Source of the DNA: an uncultured Candidatus Rokubacteria bacterium
Lineage (GTDB): Bacteria > Methylomirabilota > Methylomirabilia > Rokubacteriales > DASRDR01
Assembly (NCBI GenBank): GCA_963826115.1
Contig: CAWGVS010000006.1
Location: 256,001 to 320,000 of the forward strand
Direction: 5' to 3'
DNA length: 64,000 nt
A model generated the notes under the pieces. The model was not told where the DNA came from. It did no database searches and worked only from the letters and a program-made list of their open reading frames with translations. This document shows, piece after piece, positions 9,413 through 15,721 of this stretch. The position numbers and the translations under genes were made by a program. Positions within the stretch are counted from its first letter, which is position 1; each line of letters starts with the position of its first letter.

Positions 9413-11557
9413 ATGCGGACGCTCAGCGACCTCCTCACCGAGATTCCCCGCTACCAGGCGAGCGGGGACGTCGACGTTGTCCGGCGCGCCTACGAGTTCA
9501 CCGAGGAGGTCCACCGCGGCCAGCGCCGGGTCTCGGGCGAGCCATACCACGTCCACCCGCTGGCGGTCGCCGGCCTCCTGGTCGAGTTCAAGATGGACGC
9601 CACGACCGTTGCCGCCGGCCTCCTCCACGACGTCCTGGAGGACACCGCGACCAGCAAGGACGTCCTCGTCGAGCGCTTCGGCGGCGACATCGCGGAACTC
9701 GTGGACGGGGTCACGAAGATCGGCAAGCTCGCCTTCGCGAGCCGCGAGGAGCGGCAGGCCGAGAACTTCCGCAAGATGCTGGTCGCCATGGCCCGGGACA
9801 TCCGGGTCCTCATGATCAAGCTCGCCGACCGGCTCCACAACATGCGCACGCTGCACTACCTCCCCTCCGACAAGCAGCGCGCCATCGGGCAGGAGACGCT
9901 CGACATCTACGCGCCGCTCGCCCACCGGCTCGGCATGGCGAAGGTCAAGGGCGAGCTGGAGGACCTGGCGCTCAAGGCGCTCCAGCCGGAGGCCTACGAC
10001 GACCTGCAGCGGCGGGTGGCCAAGCGTCGCCTCGAGCGCGAGGCCGAGATCAACCAGGTGATCACGATCCTCTCGGCGAAGCTGTCCGAGGTCGGGATCT
10101 CCGGCCAGATCACGGGCCGGCCGAAGCACTTCTACTCCATCTACAAGAAGATGCAGGCCGGACGCGAGTTCGACGAGATCTACGATCTCACCGCGGTCCG
10201 CATCCTCACGCCGACGGTCCGGGAGTGCTACGGCATCCTGGGGCTCGTCCACTCGCTGTGGAAGCCGGTGCCCGGCCGGTTCAAGGACTTCATCGCGATC
10301 CCGAAGTCGAACATGTACCAGTCGCTCCACACGACCGTGATCGGCCCGAAGGGCGACCCCGTCGAGATCCAGATCCGCACGCCGGACATGCACCGGATCG
10401 CCGAGGAAGGTATCGCCGCGCACTGGCTCTACAAGGAGAAGAAGGATCGGTCCGGGCTCGACCAGGCGTTCGTCTGGCTGCGGCAGCTGCTGGAGTGGCA
10501 GAAGGAGATGAAGGACCCGCGGGAGTTCATGGAGACCGTCAAGGTCGACCTGTTCCCCGACGAGGTCTACGTCTTCACGCCGAAGGGGGACGTCAAGGCG
10601 CTGCCGGAGGGCTCGACGCCCATCGACTTCGCCTACGCGGTCCACACCGAGGTCGGCAACCACTGCGCCGGGGCCCGCGTCAACGGGAAGCTCGTCCCGC
10701 TGCGGCACGTGCTCCGCCAGGGCGACATCGTGGAAGTGGTCACGTCGCCCACCCAGAGGCCCTCGCGCGACTGGCTCAAGACGGTCAAGTCCACGCGGGC
10801 GCGGTCGAAGGTCAAGCAGTGGCTCCGGATCGAGGAGCGGTCCCGCTCGGTCGCGCTGGGCCGCGAGCTCCTCGACCGCGAGGCCCGGAAGTACCGGGTC
10901 GCGCTGGCGACGATCCTCGAGGCGGAGGAGCTCCGGAAGCTCGCCGTCGAGCACGGGTACACCACCGTCGACGACCTCCTCGTGGGGCTCGGCTACGGCA
11001 AGCTGGCGGCCTCGACGGTGGTCGCCCGGTTCGTTCCCGCCGACGCGACCGCCGAGCCGCGCTCCGAGGTGAAGCCCGCGAAGCCGGCGCGCCCCCGGAC
11101 CGACACCGGAGGCGTCACCGTCAAGGGCGTGGACGACGTGCTCATCCGGTTCGCGAAGTGCTGCGGCCCCGTGCCGGGCGACCCCATCGTCGGCTTCATC
11201 ACTCGGGGCCGCGGCATCACCGTGCACGCGTCCGACTGCCCGAATCTCGCGGCCGGCGCGTTCGACAACGAGCGGACCGTGGCGGTCGAGTGGGCGGTGG
11301 CCGACCAGCAGGCGCTGCCCGTGAAGATCGCCGTGCACATCGGCCGGGACCGCCCGGGCCTGCTGGCCGACATCTCCACGGCCATCTCCTCGCGCCACGC
11401 CAACATCGTGAAGGCCGAGGTGACGGTGACCGAGGACCGCAAGGGGCTGAACCACTTCACCGTGGAGGTCAAGGATCTCGACCAGCTCCAGGGCGTCATG
11501 GGGGCGATCTCGGCCGTCAAGGACGTCATCGGGGTCGAGCGGGTCCGCGGCCTCTAG
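9413..11557 (+). CDS. relA: Bifunctional (p)ppGpp synthetase/hydrolase (long RSH)
   Basis: Intact HD motif (LLHDVLED), KLADRLHN, YQSLHT, TGS domain (FTPKG, DFAYAVHT), AKCC, C-terminal ACT. Confidence 0.95.
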   Translation: MRTLSDLLTEIPRYQASGDVDVVRRAYEFTEEVHRGQRRVSGEPYHVHPLAVAGLLVEFKMDATTVAAGLLHDVLEDTATSKDVLVERFGGDIAELVDGVTKIGKLAFASREERQAENFRKMLVAMARDIRVLMIKLADRLHNMRTLHYLPSDKQRAIGQETLDIYAPLAHRLGMAKVKGELEDLALKALQPEAYDDLQRRVAKRRLEREAEINQVITILSAKLSEVGISGQITGRPKHFYSIYKKMQAGREFDEIYDLTAVRILTPTVRECYGILGLVHSLWKPVPGRFKDFIAIPKSNMYQSLHTTVIGPKGDPVEIQIRTPDMHRIAEEGIAAHWLYKEKKDRSGLDQAFVWLRQLLEWQKEMKDPREFMETVKVDLFPDEVYVFTPKGDVKALPEGSTPIDFAYAVHTEVGNHCAGARVNGKLVPLRHVLRQGDIVEVVTSPTQRPSRDWLKTVKSTRARSKVKQWLRIEERSRSVALGRELLDREARKYRVALATILEAEELRKLAVEHGYTTVDDLLVGLGYGKLAASTVVARFVPADATAEPRSEVKPAKPARPRTDTGGVTVKGVDDVLIRFAKCCGPVPGDPIVGFITRGRGITVHASDCPNLAAGAFDNERTVAVEWAVADQQALPVKIAVHIGRDRPGLLADISTAISSRHANIVKAEVTVTEDRKGLNHFTVEVKDLDQLQGVMGAISAVKDVIGVERVRGL

Positions 11558-11585
11558 GGCGGGCCGGCTCCCGGCCGTCCGCCGC

Positions 11586-11969
11586 ATGGTCGAGATCAAC
11601 CGCAAGGAGTTCGAGGCCCTCGTGGCCCGCGCGCTCCGCCTCCTCCCGCGGCGCTTCCGCGACCGCCTCCGGAACATCGCCGTCGTCGTCGAGGATTGGG
11701 CGGACGACGACATCCTGGACGAGATGGGCATCGAGCCGCCGGACACGCTCTATGGCCTCTACCGGGGGACCGACCTCACGCGCCGCGACACCAACTACGG
11801 CAACGTGCTGCCGGACGTGATCACGATCTACCAGGGGCCGATCCAGGAAGACTGCGAGACCGTCGAGGAGATGGAGGAGCTCGTCCGGGACACGGTCGTC
11901 CACGAGGTGGGCCACTACTTCGGGCTGGACGACGAGCGGCTCGCCGAGCTGGAGGACGGGCAAGACTAG
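11586..11969 (+). CDS. Zincin-like metallopeptidase (DUF1025 type)
   Basis: LYGLYRG, PDVITIYQ, TVVHEVGHYFG (HExxH). Confidence 0.85.
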   Translation: MVEINRKEFEALVARALRLLPRRFRDRLRNIAVVVEDWADDDILDEMGIEPPDTLYGLYRGTDLTRRDTNYGNVLPDVITIYQGPIQEDCETVEEMEELVRDTVVHEVGHYFGLDDERLAELEDGQD

Positions 11970-12021
11970 TGTCCCGCCGCCGGATGCCCCGCCGCCGGAT
12001 CCCCGGGTCTCGCCGGGGCCC

Positions 12022-13881
12022 ATGACCGCGTATCCGCTCGCCGTCCGTCAGCGGGCGCTGCTGACGTTCGTCGCGCTCAACGCGGCGGCGGCCGGGCTCC
12101 ACGCGCAGCGCTTCCTCTTCGCGGGGGACGCGATGCCGTCCGGGCTGGGGCTCGAGTTCGCCGCGACGGCGCTCCTGGCCCAGGTCGGTCTCGCGGCGCT
12201 GGTGCTCCACGCGGCGCTCGGGGCGATCGCCTTCCTGGACTCGCGGGCGATCGTCACCCGTGTCCTGGCCGCGCTCGCCTTCACGCTGGTCCACACGTTC
12301 ATCTACGTCGACGCGCGGATCTACGGCTTCTTCCGGTTCCACTTCAACGCCCTCGCGCTGAACGTGCTCCTGACGCCCGGCGGCTTCGAGTCGATGCAGC
12401 TGCCGGAGGGCGACGTGGCCATGGCGGTCGTGGGCATCGCGGTGCTGCTCGGGTTGCAGCTCCTCGGCTATTCGGCGCTCCTCCGCTGGCTCCGGACCGC
12501 GGAGTGGGGGGTCGGGCGGCGCTGGCTCGCGCTGGTCGCCACGGTGCTGGCGCTCGTTCTGGTGGAGCGGGCGACGTATGCCGCGGGGGACCTCCTCGAC
12601 ATCCCGGGCATCGCTCGCCAGACGCGCCTCATCCCGCTCTACGAGCCGCTCCGGCTCCGGGAAGTCCGGCAGCGCCTCCGGCTCCCGAGCGACCCGGCGG
12701 CGCGGGCCCGCGAGCCGGGGGAGAGCGCCCTCGACTATCCGCGCGAGCCCGTCCGGGGCGCGGTGAAGGCCGACCACCGCTGGAATGTCGTGTGGATCAT
12801 GGTCGAGTCCTGGCGCGCCGACACGTTCAGCGCGGAGAACACCCCGAACATCTGGCGCTTCTCCCGGCGCGGACAGGTCTTCCAGCAGCATCTGAGCGGC
12901 GGGCACTCGACCCGCTTCGGGATCTTCTCGGCGCTCTACGGGCTCCACGGCACTTACTGGTGGCCCTTCCTCGCCGAGGGGCGGGAGCCCGTCCTCATCG
13001 CGAAGCTGATCGAGGCCGGCTACCGGTTCCGCATCCTGTCGAGCACCTCGCTCGGCTACCCAGAGTTCCGCCAGACCGCCTTCCACTCCGTGCGGTCTGC
13101 GGTGAGCGACCGCCTGCCCGCCGCGTCGGTGGCGGAGCGGGACGTGCTCCAGGCGCAGGCGTTCGACGAGTTCCTGGAGGCGACTCCCCGGGACCAGGCC
13201 TTCTTCGCGTTCCTCTTCCTGGGGGCGCCCCACTTTCCGTTCCTCTTCACGCCGGAGCATGCGAAGTTCCTCCCCGTTCTCGAGCACCCGACGATCGCCC
13301 AGGCGCAGACCCCCGAGGGCAGCCGCCAGATGTACAACCGCTACCGGAACTCGATCCACTCCGTGGACGCGGTGGTGGGCTCGATCGTGGGCGCGCTGGA
13401 TCGGCGGGGACTCCTGGATCGATCGATCGTGGTCGTGACGGGGGACCACGGCCAGGAGTTCTACGAGCACGGGTTCTTCGGCCACGGCAGCGCCTTCACC
13501 CCGGAGCAGACGCACGTCCCGCTCGTGATGCTCGTGCCCGGGCTGCCGTTCCGCGAGCACGGGCACCTCACCCAGCACCAGGACCTGCCCGCCACGATGC
13601 TGGCGCTCCTCGGGATCGACGATCCCCCCGACCGCTACAGTCTGGGCCGGAATATGCTCGAGGGCCGGGGACGACCCTACGCCGTCGTGTGCGGCTTCCG
13701 GGAGTGCGCGCTGCAGGACGCGGACGGGTGGGTCGTCTTTGGCGTGGAAGGGAAGACCGCGCTCTCCCTCGAGGCGCGGGACCGTGACTACGTTGAGGTC
13801 CCGGACCTGGCGGCGGCGGTGGGCCGGCGCCGCGACCGGCTCCTCGCGACGATGCAGGAGATGCGCACCTTCCTGCGCTGA
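12022..13881 (+). CDS. Membrane-anchored sulfatase/alkaline-phosphatase-fold protein (YejM/PbgA-like)
   Basis: About 5 N-terminal TM segments; NVVWIMVESWRAD, HLSGGHSTRFGIFS, VTGDHGQEF. Confidence 0.75.
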   Translation: MTAYPLAVRQRALLTFVALNAAAAGLHAQRFLFAGDAMPSGLGLEFAATALLAQVGLAALVLHAALGAIAFLDSRAIVTRVLAALAFTLVHTFIYVDARIYGFFRFHFNALALNVLLTPGGFESMQLPEGDVAMAVVGIAVLLGLQLLGYSALLRWLRTAEWGVGRRWLALVATVLALVLVERATYAAGDLLDIPGIARQTRLIPLYEPLRLREVRQRLRLPSDPAARAREPGESALDYPREPVRGAVKADHRWNVVWIMVESWRADTFSAENTPNIWRFSRRGQVFQQHLSGGHSTRFGIFSALYGLHGTYWWPFLAEGREPVLIAKLIEAGYRFRILSSTSLGYPEFRQTAFHSVRSAVSDRLPAASVAERDVLQAQAFDEFLEATPRDQAFFAFLFLGAPHFPFLFTPEHAKFLPVLEHPTIAQAQTPEGSRQMYNRYRNSIHSVDAVVGSIVGALDRRGLLDRSIVVVTGDHGQEFYEHGFFGHGSAFTPEQTHVPLVMLVPGLPFREHGHLTQHQDLPATMLALLGIDDPPDRYSLGRNMLEGRGRPYAVVCGFRECALQDADGWVVFGVEGKTALSLEARDRDYVEVPDLAAAVGRRRDRLLATMQEMRTFLR

Positions 13882-13982
13882 GCCGCGGCGGCCCGGGCTG
13901 CCTGCCTCGTTCCACGGGCCGAAGGGCCAGGACATCCTTGCCCGAAGTGTCACTCCGTTGACATGCCTTCCATGTTTTGCTC

Positions 13983-14011
13983 TTGACACAACTTTCAGTG
14001 ACGGATAGGCT
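13983..14011 (+). promoter_or_regulatory. sigma70-type promoter of the AbiEi-like gene
   Basis: TTGACA (13983-88), 17-nt spacer, TAGGCT (14006-11) in an AT-enriched intergenic stretch. Confidence 0.7.
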
Positions 14012-14048
14012 TTCAGCGCACGTTGAAAATGACCGGACAAGTGAAAGT
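13992..14048. promoter_or_regulatory. Symmetric four-half-site operator (TTTCA x2 / TGAAA x2)
   Basis: TTTCA at 13993 and 14011, TGAAA at 14024 and 14042; 18-bp period on each side and a shared symmetry centre at 14019.5. Confidence 0.6.
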
Positions 14049-15101
14049 ATGGTTCGGATTGCAGAATTCAAGAAGGACGCCGCGGAGCGGCTTCGCGCCC
14101 TCTTTCCGCAAGTGGCTGAATGGCAAGAGTCTCTAGATGCGACCGTCGGCGACCAGACGGTGGATGTGCTCGTCCGGTTCCGGATGGGGCCCGGCCAGGA
14201 GACCAAGACACTGATCTGTGAGGCTCGTACCCGGGGTGAGCCCCGGCACCTCCGCGAGGCCGTAACCCGACTTCGAGAGCTCCGGGGCCATGTCCCGGGG
14301 GCCTACCCCCTGGTGGCGGCGCCCTACGTGACCGCCCAGTCCTCGGCCCTCCTGCGCCGGAATGGCTGCGGCTACCTCGACCTGGCCGGCAACTGCTACC
14401 TCGCCTTCGACAACGTCCTCATCCAGAAGGAAGGGCGCCCCAACGCGGGACTGGTCCGCCGTCCCCTCAAGGCCCTGTTCGCGCCGCGGGCGACGCGGAT
14501 CGTCCGCGCCCTCCTGGTGGAGCGGGACCGCGCCTGGCGCCTCGACGAGCTGGGCCGGGCGGTCGGCGTCAGCCTCGGCCACGCCCACAACGTGGTGAAG
14601 CGCCTCGAGGAGCTCGACTGGGTGGAGCGGGGGCGGGACGGGCTCTACCGGCTGCCGCGGCCCGGGGACCTGCTCGACGCCTGGCGCGACGGGTATCGCT
14701 ACCGCGTCAACGGGCTGAGCGCCTTCGTCTCCCCGGCGGGAGACAAGCGCCGGATCATGGAGGCCCTTGCGCGGCACGCGACCGAGCTGGGCGTGACCTA
14801 CGCGTTCACGCTCCACGCGGGCGCGTCCCTCATCGGCCCGCACACGCGTGTCTCCACGGTGCACTGCTACGTGAGCGGCGACACCGAGGCGCTCATCCGG
14901 GCCCTCGGGCTCCAGCCGGTCGAGGGCGAGGGCGCGGTCTACCTGATGGCTCCGTACGACCCGGGCGTGTTCTACGCGCCGGTGGTCAAGGGCGGGTTCC
15001 GGGTGGTCAGTCTCCCGCAGCTCTACGTGGACCTCTACGGCCACGAGCGGCGCGGGCGCGAGCAGGCCGAGAAGCTCCGTCGCGACGCGATGGGGTTCTA
15101 G
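14049..15101 (+). CDS. AbiEi-like type IV TA antitoxin family regulator (DUF2186/AbiEi_2-like; degenerate PD-(D/E)xK N-domain plus wHTH)
   Basis: PLVAAPYV...GYLDLAGNCYL; HTH segment LDELGRAVGVSLGHAHNVVKRL; DLLDAWR; VVSLPQLYVDL..RGREQAE; ATG at 14049 lies downstream of the promoter. Confidence 0.75.
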   Translation: MVRIAEFKKDAAERLRALFPQVAEWQESLDATVGDQTVDVLVRFRMGPGQETKTLICEARTRGEPRHLREAVTRLRELRGHVPGAYPLVAAPYVTAQSSALLRRNGCGYLDLAGNCYLAFDNVLIQKEGRPNAGLVRRPLKALFAPRATRIVRALLVERDRAWRLDELGRAVGVSLGHAHNVVKRLEELDWVERGRDGLYRLPRPGDLLDAWRDGYRYRVNGLSAFVSPAGDKRRIMEALARHATELGVTYAFTLHAGASLIGPHTRVSTVHCYVSGDTEALIRALGLQPVEGEGAVYLMAPYDPGVFYAPVVKGGFRVVSLPQLYVDLYGHERRGREQAEKLRRDAMGF

Positions 15102-15134
15102 CCGCGCTCACGCGAGCGGAAGGAGGTGAGCACG

Positions 15135-15170
15135 ATGGCGAAGAAGAAGGCGGCGAAGAAGAAGAAGTAA
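15135..15170 (+). CDS. 11-aa lysine-rich micropeptide MAKKKAAKKKK (copy 1)
   Basis: SD AAGGAGGTGA (15120-29); ATG GCG AAG AAG AAG GCG GCG AAG AAG AAG AAG TAA. Confidence 0.75.
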   Translation: MAKKKAAKKKK

Positions 15171-15246
15171 CGTCGTCAGCGGTGTCGCTCGAAGGGGGTG
15201 CAGCCCCTTCGCGGAACCCAGACGTCACGAGGGGAGGTGATGATCG

Positions 15247-15282
15247 ATGGCGAAGAAGAAGGCGGCCAAGAAGAAGAAGTAG
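15247..15282 (+). CDS. 11-aa lysine-rich micropeptide MAKKKAAKKKK (copy 2)
   Basis: SD GGAGGTGAT (15233-41); differs from copy 1 only by GCG/GCC and TAA/TAG, both synonymous. Confidence 0.75.
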   Translation: MAKKKAAKKKK

Positions 15283-15342
15283 GGTGCTGTGACGGGGTCA
15301 GGGGACGAGGCCAGCCCTGACCCTTCTGGTACTGTCAGCGCA

Positions 15343-15375
15343 GGCCGCCGGGGGCGACTGGCACCCCCGGCGGCC
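15343..15375. terminator. 12-bp GC hairpin between the convergent micropeptide unit and rpmB
   Basis: GGCCGCCGGGGG-N9-CCCCCGGCGGCC; no clear U-tract on either strand. Confidence 0.45.
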
Positions 15376-15379
15376 GGTC

Positions 15380-15571
15380 CTAGACGGCCTTGGTGACCTT
15401 GCCGCCCCGCAGGCAGCGTGTGCAGACGCGGACCCGCTTGGCTCGGCCCTTCACGACCGCCCGCATCGATACCAGGTTCGGCAGCCATCGGCGCGAGGAC
15501 ACGTTGTGCGCGTGGCTGATCTGGTTGCCCACGACGGGACCCTTCCCACACACATCACAGCGTTGGGCCAT
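15380..15571 (-). CDS. rpmB: 50S ribosomal protein bL28
   Basis: MAQRCDVCGKGPVVGNQISHAHNVSSRRWLPNL...VCTRCLR; commonly found next to recG. Confidence 0.95.
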   Translation of the reverse strand: MAQRCDVCGKGPVVGNQISHAHNVSSRRWLPNLVSMRAVVKGRAKRVRVCTRCLRGGKVTKAV

Positions 15572-15721
15572 GCCTCTGGACTCCTCGGGAGAGATGACGC
15601 TCCGGCCGGCTTTCCCGGGCCCGGAACGGGCCGGCTTGCCGCCGAGCAAGACACTTCTATACCATGGGGGCCGAGGTGAGACAAGCCTGACACCTCGTCT
15701 GCTCCCGCGGCCGTCTCGCCC

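Larger units (their letters stand above)
15122..15282 (+). repeat. Direct repeat of SD plus mini-ORF, period 112 nt
   Basis: GGAGGTGA, a short spacer, then CGATGGCGAAGAAGAAGGCGGCSAAGAAGAAGAAGTA, occurring twice. Confidence 0.9.

Noticed and set aside
11973-12000. CCCGCCGCCGGAT direct repeat between the zincin and sulfatase genes
   Set aside because: A short GC-rich duplication with no supporting context.
13977-14048. TTG start at 13977 for the AbiEi-like gene
   Set aside because: It lies upstream of the predicted -35 and -10 elements; ATG 14049 fits the promoter.
15122-15282. The two ~45-nt direct repeats read as a mini CRISPR array
   Set aside because: There are only two units, the repeats are non-palindromic SD+ORF sequences, the spacer is a self-folding hairpin, and the window has no cas genes.
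15007-15551. Antisense or shifted-frame readings of the repeats (FFFLAAFFFAI on the - strand; DGEEEGGQEEE on the + strand; ORFs 15007..15228 and 15225..15551)
   Set aside because: They lack matching SD/start/stop structure in both copies, the inter-copy change is non-synonymous in those frames, and they overlap rpmB or the AbiEi-like gene.
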